Part shown: piece after piece, positions 1 through 12,588 of the stretch
Numbering within the stretch: the first letter of the stretch is position 1
Layout: each line of letters begins with the position of its first letter
DNA from: Lytechinus pictus
Taxonomy: Eukaryota
NCBI RefSeq assembly: GCF_037042905.1
Contig: NC_087250.1
Coordinates: forward strand, 20,462,001-20,526,000
DNA length: 64,000 nucleotides
Direction: 5' to 3'
The notes under the pieces: model-generated
What the model was told of the DNA's origin: nothing
Seen by the model: the letters and a program-made list of their open reading frames with translations, nothing else
Databases searched by the model: none
Program-made: the position numbers and the translations under genes

Positions 1-2838
1 AGCCCGCGCAGCGGGCCGGAGCCCAGGAGCTTACTGTGTAATTCGCCATACCCCACGGTAGTAGCGTGAGGTATGGTCTAAATCATTTTAAGAGTAAATA
101 CTTAAAGCAGAAATTAAGCACTTACCACGATTATATTGTAGTAAATTAATTATTAATAAATTAATTTCTTGATAACTTGGATATATTATTCTCTATGTTC
201 TTCATGTTACATGTTTATATGTCGTTTTGATTCGAAATTAATTGAATCATCACTATTGGTAACTCTATGTGCTGATTTTGATTTCCATTGATTCGCAAGT
301 CAAGAGGTAATAGATTGTTTTTTACCAAAAATTAACAATCTTCCCTCGATCGCCTAGCTCGCTTGGCGAAACACTTCCGAACCGAATCACGTGACTGCTA
401 TGTTTTTTCACTTAATCGAGAGACTCTCGTTGAAGTAAACACAACAGTCGATCAGAATTAGAATTTAACTCTGATTTTATACGATTATCGTGCTTGACCG
501 TTGATTTATTCTAAAGATTAGTCCCAAGCAGGAACTCGTAGAAGTTGATTTTGTAAATTGATCATTCTTTATTAGTTAATTTTAGGTCTAACGTCGCGCG
601 GTTTTCAACCAACATCAGCGCAACGCACCTCTCTGTCTGGCCCGAAGCTCCAGGCAGGGGTAACGTTCACGAGCCGGCTGTCGTCTCCATGAAGGCAAAT
701 TCTGAACGAGTTTTCTTTTCGTCAGTTTTTACTGACAATTTGCTGGAGTTAGCTGCCAATTGTCTCTTGATTCAATATTTTCGCGAAGATAGCTAAATTC
801 CTTGTTTCCATATTGTCATATTTCTTGTTCGTAGATCTAACCTTAACTTAACTTCACGCCAAGCTTTGTCTGGTGTCAGCCAACGGCAATAGCGTATACT
901 ATAGCGTCTGCCTATCTGACGTGTAGGTGTTGTGCTGTAGGCAGCACTATCACTACTTTGTCTTTGCATTGTTTGAGCTCAATTCGGCTCTTACTGGGAA
1001 TTAAAATAATTTATTTTAATTCCTTTAACCTCTTGAATTTGAGCTTATCAGCTGAGTTAGAGCTGTGAATTGGTTTTTTTACCTAAAATATATATCAGAT
1101 CTTTGTCAGTTTGTGATAATTCTGATTTTTGTAAAACTAGCTCGACGACGAATTTAGCCATAAAAATATTGGATCAGAATAATTCCAAAGTGAGAATTTA
1201 ATTAATCCCGAATAGATCTAGTATCTTCATATAGTTTAGGGAATTTTCTTTTGCAGATAATCTTGTTCATCTTTCAGGTGTTTGTAATTTCCTGACTGTG
1301 TATACCTGGAGCCAACAAGTGCAATTGTTTTGCTTTGCCTTTTGACTCGGTGTACACTTGTTTGAACGAGGACTTGGAATTTAATTTCAGGCCCTTAGTT
1401 CTTTGTAGGAAATTTTTCTTGGAGGTTATCCTGGATTGTCTTTTTGTCTGTTTGAAATTCAGGTTTTTTAAGTTGAACTTTTAACAAGCATTGTTAGATC
1501 AGGATTTTTTCTTTGGAATAATTCTTGCTTGTAAATTTGATTTCTATATTTCTAAAGAAAGATAGATCTCAACTGAAGGTACAAGAAGACCTGAATTAAA
1601 TTTTAATAAGGCTCTTGAAAATACTTTAAGCAAATCAACTTTTGATTCTGATTTTAAGTGAGATGTACAGATACTATTGATCTTTGATATCAGAATATTT
1701 GATATCAACATTCTTTGAATTTTTTTTTTCTTCATATGGTTGCTCTGTTAATGTACTTTGGAGCATCATTCTTGCATTGACAAATTGCAATTTTTTTTCA
1801 GACTCGTGAATTCAAACCTTCAGTGAAATACAAAATTCACTGCTGTCATTTTGCGCGAATTGATTTCTAAATAGTCATTTTTAGGCTCATTGCCATTCAC
1901 TTTCATTTTAAGTTGGTAACTTATCCCCATTCTAAAAAAGGAACCAAAAAGAGGGGGAAAAAAAGAAAGAAAATCGGATGTGGGATAAATATGTTTGTAA
2001 ATTGAATTATTGCATTCATCAGGAATAAACGATTATCATTGAATGCTACTCCTGTAATCGTTGAGGCTTCGATAAGTTGAATCCTTGTTAGGTTCTTTTA
2101 ATAGTCGTAGAGTAAGTAAAACTTATTGATACTTCTGCGATTACTCAGAGTAGTACAAGTTTGATACATTCTATTCTACAAGTGTAGTTTCTGAAACTTG
2201 AAGCTGCACTGTAATTTGTAAATATACTTTCACTGAATACATCCATTGCTACAGGAGTGTGTACATTTATTATTAATATTCAGAGTCAGACGCTTGTTCT
2301 TAGCAGTACAAGTATTGCAGTACTTCACTCTTTCCTTGGCAGTAAGTGTATTCAGTGACACAAGATTAAAGAAGCATAAACAAACCTAGTTAAGTTCTTT
2401 CACTGATCTGCAAGCTATATTCTGTTAAGTTACACCTGTAGATCATTGAACTTGAATTTATGACAGTATTTACAAAATGTTTAAGAATATACTTTTGAAT
2501 CACCAAGGTGATCATCAATAATACTTTCCTGAATTTATTTTGGATTTCATAATGATGCAAAGTGACATCGCCAGAGTAAAACAAAGATTAGTTGAAGACA
2601 TTATAGACAGTCGTAATATTAGTAAAGGATACTTATATGAGCATTCACTGGCAAATAATCTGTACAAGCTTGGTTATCCCAGAAATTTGTAGATGAATTT
2701 GTTTATGAGAGGTTTGATTGTTCAAGGATACATTATTTATCTGATCTCGATTTAACAGATCTTGTATATAAATGTGCTGATAAATGCCAAAATAAATATG
2801 CTGAACCCAATACTGGTAGACAGCCTCAGGCTGATAAT

Positions 2839-4203
2839 TTGCATTCATCTTATACTCAGTGTGAATCCAGATCAAACAGTAGGGTTCAGATTACAAATGA
2901 ATATGATTCTTATCCACAATCTTCCTGTCATACCTCCAATGATCATTCCAAAGATGATGGTTATATGGCAATGATGATGCGCTGTATGGCTGTTGAAATG
3001 AAATCATTGTCAGAAGAACTGAAATCATCTAGGCATTCACCTGCTATAGATTCAATGCTTCCGTCCTTAGATCGAGGTTACGATGCCCTGAGATCTTATT
3101 CTCGTGGGTGTACTACTGGTGCGCGAGTGTCCTCGTTGCCCAAGTCCGTGACCTTCGATGGTAGAGGATGTTGGCACACTTTTATATGTAATTTTCAGCT
3201 ATATTCGGAAGATCGCGATTGGGATCAAGCCCAACAGCTCAATGAACTTTGCTTTTGTCTTGAGGGAAGCGCAATCAAATATTTTGCATCGGTTATTGTT
3301 TCTTCCAAACTAAACGTTCCCTATACAGATATTGTCAAGAAGCTTGAGCAAAGATTTGCTTCCAAAGAATTTCCTGTCGCACAATTGCAATTCGATTTTG
3401 CGCAGCAGGCAACAACCGAAACAAAGGGGGAATGGGCCGACCGTGTCCTATCCTACGCTTCACGCGTCTTTGACGGATTGCCTGAGGAGATTGTTGAGAG
3501 GCAAATAGTGCAAAAGTTTTGTCAGGGTTCATTGGACCATGAGGCGGGAAAATGCGCCATCAGATCACGTCCTCGGAATCTCGATGATGCCATTTACTTA
3601 GTTCGGTTGTTTCAGCATCGGCTAAAGTATGCAAGACAAAGGTCTTACGATACTGTCGAGGAGGATCTCAGAAATAACCGTATGGGCATTTCCGGGCATA
3701 CCTCTAATGTTCAGCAGTCCTCCCGTCAGGACAGTCTGGAGGACCGAGTGCCCAATCTGGAGAAGAAGGTTGATATTCAATCTGCTCCAGGGGCACAGAT
3801 GAAGTCCTTCCAGTCCTCAGTCCAGGGATTGGTAACTGCTGTCCCAGAGCTGAATAGGCATACACATTCTCCTTCGACAGAAGACAATGAATCCCAGTTG
3901 TCTTGTCGTGATGTTTGTTTTGCATGCAACAAATCTGGGCACTTTAAGAGGAACTGTCCAGAATGTGTACTAGCAGTAAAACATGTAGATATCTTAAGTG
4001 TAGATGAAGTAACTGTAAATACCACATGTGTAGATGATGTAACTGTACATACTACATGTGTAAGTGATGATACTGTAAATACTATAGGTGTAGATAATGT
4101 AAGTCTTGTAACTGTGTCAGAGGACAGTCGAGCCTCTACTGAGGATACCAAGCATGGGCAGAGTTATCTTGTGCAAATGCTTTGGGGAAGTACCCCTCCT
4201 TAG
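2839..4203 (+). CDS. gag: Ty3/Gypsy-type Gag-like protein with CCHC zinc knuckle
   Basis: 454-aa ORF (frame open from 2659; first ATG near 2965). Capsid-like motifs PKSVTFDGRGCWHTF...W...LCFCLEGSA, QQ...E...WADRV and KFCQG, plus a CX2CX4HX4C knuckle CFACNKSGHFKRNC. No protease, RT or integrase motifs recognised downstream. Confidence 0.85.
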   Translation: MHSSYTQCESRSNSRVQITNEYDSYPQSSCHTSNDHSKDDGYMAMMMRCMAVEMKSLSEELKSSRHSPAIDSMLPSLDRGYDALRSYSRGCTTGARVSSLPKSVTFDGRGCWHTFICNFQLYSEDRDWDQAQQLNELCFCLEGSAIKYFASVIVSSKLNVPYTDIVKKLEQRFASKEFPVAQLQFDFAQQATTETKGEWADRVLSYASRVFDGLPEEIVERQIVQKFCQGSLDHEAGKCAIRSRPRNLDDAIYLVRLFQHRLKYARQRSYDTVEEDLRNNRMGISGHTSNVQQSSRQDSLEDRVPNLEKKVDIQSAPGAQMKSFQSSVQGLVTAVPELNRHTHSPSTEDNESQLSCRDVCFACNKSGHFKRNCPECVLAVKHVDILSVDEVTVNTTCVDDVTVHTTCVSDDTVNTIGVDNVSLVTVSEDSRASTEDTKHGQSYLVQMLWGSTPP

Positions 4204-4671
4204 CTGTCCATCCTTGAATTCCTCAGTTCTCTTTTCTGGTGGAACAAGAGGTATGTCTGTAGTTTAAGTAACGGCCAATTCCATTTATCTTGTCCGTGGC
4301 TCCTTCCTCCCTGGCCACCACCCCAATAATGGAGTAGTATCTCCTTGATCAGTTGCTGAAAGTCCTGCAATTGAAATTTCTGTTATACATTGTAATTCCT
4401 TTAATAGTCACTGAAGGTGAAGGCACACCCCTTATTTTCAATAGCTTTTACCTCTTTAGGTGACATATGAATTAATAGGTGCAAACACTGTTTATGCAAT
4501 AGATAGCTCTTTTATATTTGTATATATTTTATACTTCATAAAGATATAGATATTTCAACCATAGATCCTTTACCTTGTTTGCAAAGGCTTTATAAACAAC
4601 CCTGGAAATATTGTCATACAGGATGTTGAAATAGTAGTAGTTTTTCTCAAGAGAAAATACTATGTATGTAT

Positions 4672-6493
4672 TAAGCCTGAGTCATATCGATTATTTTGAA
4701 AACCGGTGTTCGACAGCTTTAATTCGATCGAACATCGATGCATCGAAATTTGAAGGCGGGGAAAATCGAGTCATTTTTTTTGCTCCGGCCAGCCGGCCGT
4801 CGATGCATGCGCTATGCATGCACTACATGCACTGACGGTCTGCGCTGGCCGCGCCGGGTGAGCGTTGCAAAAGCAGATGACAGAGCAAAGTTCGTTTGTA
4901 TTTTCCATGATCACAAAACACAAAAAAGGCCGGGGGCAATGCAGAATTCTTCCCAAAATATCTTCAACAATGATATTTGCAGATGATAACATATAAGTTT
5001 AAAATGAAACAATATTAAAGACATGAATCACGCAGAGTCGATCCGAATGATTTTCGGTCAACTAGCATTCGCAGTCCAACCTCGCACACACCAGCCCCGT
5101 TCACTCACTCGATCTCCCGAAACGACAGGCATGCTTGCCAGCGCCATCTAACAAGTGCAAACAGCGGGGAGAGCGCTGTAACTTGCCTGAGATTGTGTAG
5201 TTGGCGGGGTAGTTGGATCCAAAATTAGCTCCAAATAAATTGATGGAAATAAATACGTAATTTTCTCTGGATGGTCATTTGAATTGGTATTCAATGCTGA
5301 TATAACGATTGTGAGGAAAGATTGTGGAATATGAGTTCTGACGATGTTCGAGACTTAATCCTGATGATAATCCATTTATATTAATTAGACACAAGAGCTT
5401 GTGATCGAAATAAATACGAATGTCTCGGATCGAGCTCTAACTTCATATAAATTATTATTGGATGTAAAATAATTACGATTTAATAAGATTTTATGGCCAT
5501 ACTAAAAATATTGACGATGTCAGCAAAGTATGTTATGTTCATATGGAAGAATTAATAGTATTATACTGGCATTATTTTTATTTTTTATTCCATCTCTGGA
5601 CCGGACGTCTCCGAGCTCCGAGAAAAGAAGCACAATGCGCATGCGCGTTCGATGACGTCTGACATATTTTCCATTCATGAAATCAGAGCCCAAAGTTGGG
5701 CACAAACAAGCTTCAAATTGATGGGAAAAAATATCAAATGTAATTTTTCTCTGTTGTGTCATGTAAAATATTATTATATGGTGATATTACGATCATCAAA
5801 AGAGTTTCTACATGTTGACAATGTTCAATAATCAATCCTGACGTGTAATTATTTTTTTAGACAAGTGCGAAGAATCCACTCACTCAAGTCGATCGTCATG
5901 TGATGTCCGCCATTGAAAATTGAAACGAAATACAAACGTTTCACATCAAGCTCTAAATTCATATTAATGATTATCATATGCAAATTATTGTTAAATATTA
6001 CGATTAAATCATGTTCTATGGTCATGATATTAATATTGTTCATGAAAGCAAGATTTACTTTTATACGTTGATCGCATCAATTTTCCGGCCATTTTCTGAT
6101 TTGATTATTTAAAGCACAGTACTGCGCATGCACGATCAATGGCGACTTCCATTCATAAATTCATCGTGCATAAATTATCTCGGCACGAGCAGACGAGCCA
6201 TGCAGACGAGTAAGACTCGAACTATGATCGAAATAAACTTCAAATTAATGGTGAATAGGCATCATAATTACACAATCCGTTTCATTTTGGGGGCAATATA
6301 AATGAAGTAAGTAGTAGTCGAGACGGATATTACTGTTTAGTGTTTATTTTGATGTTTGATTGTGTGAACCAAATGAATCGGCCGGCCAACGTATTTATTT
6401 ATTTTTTTCGATGCACCGATTTTGCAAAATCTGCATCGGCGTTCGATGACATCGATCGAACACCGATTTTAAAATCGATTCGACTCAGGCTTA
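4672..6493. mobile_element. Non-autonomous hAT-like DNA transposon nested in the retroelement
   Basis: TIRs TAAGCCTGAGTC / GACTCAGGCTTA and an 8-bp TSD GTATGTAT (4664-4671, 6494-6501). Subterminal ATCGA-rich motifs; no transposase ORF. Confidence 0.85.
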
Positions 6494-7177
6494 GTATGTA
6501 TGTCAGGTCCAGGTTGTTATATTTATTTGCACCAGATCTGGTTGAAGTATCATTACTTTACATGCTTTTAAGAGCTTAAACATATTACCAATCATATATC
6601 ATATTTGTAAAGGTCACATTGTACAGACCTGGTAATAGAGCTCCATCCAAATTGGCTTTATTGCATTGTCATTATTTTAATAGTACAATATACAACTTCA
6701 TATAAAGAACAGACTAAGAGTCAACTTTAAGAATTTACATTGTAAACTAGTGCACTTTGAAGGATTAACATACATGTACTTCCTTTCAGTCTTTTAGACT
6801 TGCACTAAATAAGATATTCTATTTATCATTACATAGACAAGACTGGGCCAGAATGGCCGGATTACTTAATTACCATTAGCTTGTTCTTGTTTCTCCAAGT
6901 GTATATTTGCTGGTCTCAAGTGATAAGATTTTGCGGGACCAGCAACCTTTTTAAATGAACAAGTTGTTAAAAACCATTCTATGTCCTCAGATCACATTTT
7001 CTATGTATTTGAGGTATTTTATTGAGGTTATGTATTTAATCAGTTTTAATCAAATAGGCTTATATTGCATTCCTCTGTCAGAGTTCTTCATATATCTGTT
7101 TTTCTATTGAGATTGCACAATATAGCCAATTCATGGATTTGTCAATATATGTCGCAATCTGATGGAACCGGGAGGAA

Positions 7178-7736
7178 TGTAGTAAATTGGCCATGTACAC
7201 GCAGTACCCTAGATGTATTAGTCTGTATTAATCTATGTATTGACATATGTTGATGTATGTTAAGTCTGTGTATGTGCTGTGTGTATGCGAGGAGCGCTCC
7301 TGATTGGAGGAGCCTTTATATGCTCCTAGGCCTGCTACGTGTGTGCGTTGCACAGCACGTACACAAGCTGGTGCAAAAGAGATTGGATCCAGACACCAGA
7401 GAGAGAAGACCCCAAGACGCCAACGAGTGTGGACGCATCAACCCAGCTGCATCCCCACCCGGCGCCATGGTCTGTTATCAGAAGTCTTAATAGAAGAAAA
7501 CTGATATTAGTATACCTGTGTTTCTACCGTGTGGCATCGTTTGTACAAGTGTCAGGTGAGTATTAGTTGTTGTCCCTGTCCCGTACCGTCGAAGTAACCC
7601 ATTTGTGTACTATTAGTGAGTCCTATTAACCATTGTCAGTGTTGTACTTGTAAGCTTAATCACTCGCCATCGTATTGTATCGTATCTCGTGCCATCACAG
7701 CATTAACCCACACCACATCCTCTCATTTTTACAACA
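7178..7736 (+). repeat. Single LTR-like segment preceded by a polypurine tract
   Basis: GGGAGGAA (7170-7177) is immediately followed by TGTAGTAAATT; the segment ends ...TTTTACAACA. Confidence 0.6.
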
Positions 7737-8159
7737 ATATGGATGAAGGTCTAACGAGTGGCAGCTTCCTGACATCGAGGCACAGACTGGAACCTCAAAA
7801 AACGAAAAGTTCTGTCGCGGTAAAAAAGCCGGTAGCTCTCCTTCTTTCAGAATTCATAGCAAAATGGCCGTTCGAGACCGGTACCGAGGGTGTAGGGCGC
7901 ATGCGCGAATTTGACGAAGTCTATATGCGCTAGTGCTATAGCCTCGGTCTCGATCGGCCATTTTGTTTTGAATTTTGAAAGAAGGAGAGCTACCGGCCCG
8001 CGACAGAACTTTTCGTTTTTTGAGGTTCCAGTCTGTGCCTCTATGTCAGGAAGCTGCCACTCGTTAGACCTTCATCCATATAATCGTGGTAAGTGCTTAA
8101 TTTCCGTTTTAAGTATTTACTCTTAAATGATTTAGACCATACCTCACGCTACTACTACT

Positions 8160-9049
8160 AGTAGGATGGGGGGTCGGGTGTCCGGACACTTTATATTTTT
8201 GAAGCCTTCTTTTTTTTCTTTGGATTAGGGCCTACACTAAAAATACGAATTCAATCGTTGTATTCAGTTCTATTTTGTTCTCTATAATATTTCCTAACAT
8301 TTTGTACTAAAAATTGATGAAACTTCGCTTGTAAATTTTTCCAAAACTTTCTAAAATTGATCGTCCGGACACACAACCTGTCCGGACACACAACAACTGG
8401 GTATATGGTTGGAACTACCCCTTATCGACCACCTAATCTTCTAAGCATCATATCTGCGAAAATATTCATCAATTTTACCCAGTTTTCGTCTCATTTGTGC
8501 AGAAAATTGAGCAGATCAGATTCCCATGTTTCGCTCGGCGACTCCGATTCAATTTGCGTATATATCGACGATCAACGAATGCGACGATTTTCCATTTGCT
8601 CATTTGCACCCGTCTTTTGAAACCGACCACCCGCGGTACACTAAGTTTACGGCCGATTCTTGTCGCGGTGGCGAAATATTTTTACTCTTTCAAATCAGTT
8701 CTATGACGTCAACATGCTAAATGATCGCCTCACTACTTCCACTGCGAGCTCCGACGCATGATTCGACGATTGACGACGGATATTTGTTCTAAAGCCGTTT
8801 CCTATCGGATTTCTTGGTTTTTCAGCGGGTTTTGGGTTTGGTCAATACAATTTTGATTAATTCTACTAAATCTTTACTGTTTGTTGCTTCTTTTTTTCTC
8901 GTAAAATCGATTCTTACCGTTTCTATGGACACTGTTGCGCCTACTCTCCCGCGCGTATCGATTGTAATACGCAATAATTTTAACGCGCGCAAGGTGGTCG
9001 GTTTCAAAAGAGGTGGTCGATATGTGGTGGTCTTACCATACTACGGAAG
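8160..9049. mobile_element. Unclassified composite insertion in the right arm of the foldback element
   Basis: Interrupts an arm that is contiguous at 40-80. Contains imperfect inverted ends (TATCGACCACC ~8423, GGTGGTCGATA ~9012) and CCGGACAC repeats. Confidence 0.5.
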
Positions 9050-9713
9050 TACGGTGGGGTATGGCGAATTACACGGAAAGCTCCTGGGCTCCGGCCCGCT
9101 GCGCGGGCCGGAGCTCCCTGGGTTACGCTGCCTTGAGCCTGGCTGAGGTAACCTCCCTGGAAACTGCTCTGTCACTATTATGGATCTCTCTATGCACTTG
9201 TTATCAGCTAAACAGGTAAGCCCCTACGGAGTTTCAGAAGTGGGTTTGAAGTTTGGACTTACCTTAACACCGTCCTTCAGATCCTCATGGAAAATAATTA
9301 GGAGAGGGATTGTTAATGTTATGAAATCTGTGCCCTCCGTTCCAGCTCCGTGCACTTATTATTCAGGCTTCTGGAGCGCCATCTACGGTAAAATTTTCGT
9401 AATACTCCCAATAAAGAAGTTCACCCTAAAACTTTCATTGTAAAAAAAGGTAGGCTAATAGTATACAAAATATAGTGGTGAAGGTTTGATGAAAATCCAT
9501 TGAAGATTTAAAAAAATATTAGAATTTCAATTGTTTGTTTTGTGACGTCATTTATGAGCAGCTGCCCCATAACTTATGTAATATAAAATGCATCATAACT
9601 TTCATGATATATAAAATGCATCATAAATTTCATTTTTTAATAGTTCATGATGATTGAAATATTTCTTCTTTTAGGAGCGGGTGAGAAATAACCAGTTGAT
9701 ATACTAAACTTAA

Positions 9714-10924
9714 CCCTAAAAGAGCCGGGTTATTTAATATTGGACCCATCTCACAGTCGAGGGGGGGGCGGATTCCGCCACCCCCCCCCCCCCCCCCCCC
9801 ACCGAGATCTCGGCCGTCGATTGCACGAGCGCCACGAAAATTTGCACAGTGGTAGTGTGCGATAAAATCTACAAGGCTGTATGATTAATTTTTCTGAAAA
9901 AATATTTATTTTTTTAATGAATTAATTTAGACCAAAAGCTTCGGTCTCTGTTATGTTGGTTGTTCAGCTGAACTCCGTTGGCTTCACTCACCAAATACAG
10001 AGACCGAAGTTCTAGCGCGATCTGTACAGGGGACTCAATGGCCATATGTTTATGTACTTAAGATCGGATAAAACGGGGAAGTGAATTTGCGCGACAGCCG
10101 AGGTAAGTCACTGTTTTTGTTCCTTTTAACTTGATTTTTCTCAGTTTTTTGGCAATTAATGCCAAGAAGGAATATTAATTTGCATTTTGGTCGCGTTAAT
10201 TTTCAAAATTTTTATTCATTAAAGACAAAAATTGAAGAGCCCCGACGGGGGGATTTTGCATTGCAAGTCCCCTAATGGTGGCTGCACGCTAGCGAGCCGT
10301 CTGTGTACGAGGAGAAAAAAAAAAAAAAAAAGTTAAAAAACTCCTCGAAACAGACGGCTGCCAGCTGTCTAGAATTAATTATGCTTATTTATGCATGAAA
10401 TAAAACATTTGCTCTAATTACCTTATTATTTCTAATTTTGTATTCACAGACTCTTTGTAGGATTCTGATCAAATGTACATCAAAAATAATTTGGTATCGC
10501 ACATTTTTTTTAATGTATTTTATTGTTTTTTTAATTTCTTACGTATTTCTGTGTTTTTTAACTTTTTTATTTTATTTTTTTTTTTATGGAAATTGTTGCA
10601 GACTTAATTCTGATCATAAACAAGACGAAATTAATTAATTCTAATCAGTAAAAGTAGAAATAATGATACATTTATGAATTTTTGGCTAAATACACAAGTT
10701 GCAGTGGATTTGTACATGAATTCACGTAGTTGAGCAATTTTGGGTCTGACATACACTTTCATAATGTTGTGTAATTTCGTAACCGCGTACCCGGGCATCG
10801 CAAATTTTGTCTCAAAAGTTGCGCGAGACTTGAAAGTAAAAAGTCAGTGAGCGGCGCGGTCAAAAAATTTATCGTGAAAAATGTCGAGGGGGGGGGGGCG
10901 GATTCCGCCCCCTGGCCTTTTGGG
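9714..10924. mobile_element. piggyBac-like non-autonomous element
   Basis: TTAA|CCCTAAAA... and ...TTTTGGG|TTAA (TSD 9710-9713, 10925-10928). A related right-end fragment lies at ~58320-58558. Confidence 0.8.
9928..10371. mobile_element. 444-bp insertion with 9-bp TSD and TAGAC/GTCTA ends (Mutator-like by TSD length)
   Basis: GAATTAATT at 9919-9927 and 10372-10380; two internal hairpins. Confidence 0.7.
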
Positions 10925-11162
10925 TTAATTTACAATAAAACCCATTTCTATTTTTATTTTTTAGAAAATGAAATGTAATTCATTGATTTTTTTCCTTTTT
11001 TATTTACGACTACATATGAAGTTGCCCGCACGTGACGTCACAAAAATATAATCCTAATAACTTTTTAATCTTTGATGGATTTTCTTTAATCCTTCGCCAA
11101 TAGTTTTTCATCATTTTTGTTCTACTTTGACGATTTTTTTTTTGGACAGGGTGAAATTCCCC

Positions 11163-11756
11163 TTAAAGGGATGCTCCGGGCTGAAAATAATATGATTTGA
11201 ACAGATGAAGAAAAATCTGACAAACAAAACACTGAAAATTTGATCAAAATCGGGCTAGGAATAACAAAGTTATGGTATTTTAAACATTTGCATTATTCTG
11301 GTGAAACATTTCTAGGCAATGAGCAATTTGAGGCTGTCATATCCCCACTTGTTCTCTGGTATTTTATTATATTAAATTAGGTTTATTCAAAATTTTCTAC
11401 CAAGAACTGAAAAAATGGATTGACAACTAATTTAGTGCATTAGATATTCATTGCTGCAATTCATTTTATTAAAGAGGAGACACATTATTATTCACACATG
11501 TATGAAAGAATGAAACAATTGTGATTTTATGTAATAAACATAAGAAAAAGGAAAGTGGGGATATGACATCATCGGCCCACCCAATGACTATCCATGATAA
11601 CGTGCATATAACTGTTTTCACAAAATATTGCTAAAATTAAAAATTTGATAACTTTGTTATTTGTTATCCGATTTTGATGAAATTTTCAGCATTTTGCTCT
11701 GTGAATTTTACTCTATGTAATATATATATATAATTTCGGCCCGGAGTATCCCTTAA
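11163..11756. mobile_element. Kolobok-like MITE
   Basis: TTAAAGGGATGCTCCGGG...CCCGGAGTATCCCTTAA with long imperfect TIRs; same family as 33671-34273. Confidence 0.7.
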
Positions 11757-12430
11757 AAAAAACATGGTTATTTTAACTGTTAAACAACTGGGCCTACTGC
11801 AGGGGGAGGGGGTCATAGAGTAAAACAGTAAACAGTAAAAAAAAATAAACAACGTTTTTACTGTGTGTATAGACAAACGTGTCTCTGTCAGATTATATGG
11901 CATTTTAGCAATATATAGTGCACAATAAGCGCAAAAAAAAATACTGTAACACAAATGTACAAATATGAATATATTCCGGGATTATCTTATTTTATTATTC
12001 ATTAGACACTTCAAAAACATTCGCACACGTTTATACAAAAATGAATTTCAGTACAGATTAATGGGCAGAGACATGATAAATGATCATAATTGATCATAAA
12101 GATGCAATATTAGCAATTATAAAATAGCAACACAGAAACAAATTCTTGAAAAGTTACAATACAGTTTTGTTGGACTTCTCCCGGGAATTCTACCGCACTT
12201 GTTTGCTTGAGCGTGCAATGTCAATTTTCGTTGCGCACTTTTTGCACTGCCATGCAGTGCACCAAAAAAGTTGGATGTCATGTGACGCGTATTGACCAAT
12301 CGCGATGCTTGAAATAATACACCGCACAGTGCGGCACCTATCTAAAGAAACCTCGCGTGCTCTGCATTTCCACTAACGCACTCGGCTGCATGCATTATTT
12401 GTATACAGTCAACCCCAGCATGCCGCCAGT

Positions 12431-12588
12431 CAGGGGCCGGTTTCATAAAAGACTTACAACTGTTGTAACTTTGCCATTATGGCACTTACCATGGTAACAG
12501 GGCTCATCAGCCAATCAGAATCAAGGTTACCATCATAGTTGCCATAATGGCAAAGTTACAACAGATGCAAATCCTTTAAGGGCCCCTG
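12431..12588. mobile_element. ~155-bp palindromic MITE (CAGGGGCCCGTTTCATAAA family)
   Basis: Palindromic structure; further copies at ~24270-24419, 52913-53075 and ~56820-56985. Confidence 0.75.

Larger units (their letters stand above)
137..7736 (+). mobile_element. Gypsy-like, gag-only LTR-retroelement-derived insertion
   Basis: Begins TGTAGTAAA (137) and ends TTTTACAACA (7736). Flanked by a 4-bp TSD ATAT (133-136, 7737-7740). Removing it restores ACCACGATTATATGGATGAA, exactly the reverse complement of the host's other arm (8071-8090). Contains a gag ORF; no pol seen. Confidence 0.8.
1..9108. mobile_element. Palindromic (foldback) non-autonomous DNA element, split by later insertions; left end runs off the window
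   Basis: 2-59 is the near-perfect reverse complement of 9051-9108, 57-136 of ~8078-8158, and 7741-~7880 of ~7943-8077 (centre ~7910). The left arm is interrupted by 137-7736 and the right arm by ~8160-9049. Confidence 0.8.
9414..11166. mobile_element. Kolobok-like MITE hosting nested insertions
   Basis: Ends AAGTTCACCCT... and ...CAGGGTGAAATTCCCCTTAA. Homologous to the uninterrupted copy at 50914-51408. Confidence 0.65.

Noticed and set aside
4204..7177. pol (protease/RT/integrase) downstream of gag
   Set aside because: No long ORF or recognisable DTG/YxDD/integrase motifs; a large part is the hAT-like insertion. Very decayed remnants cannot be excluded without a translated search.
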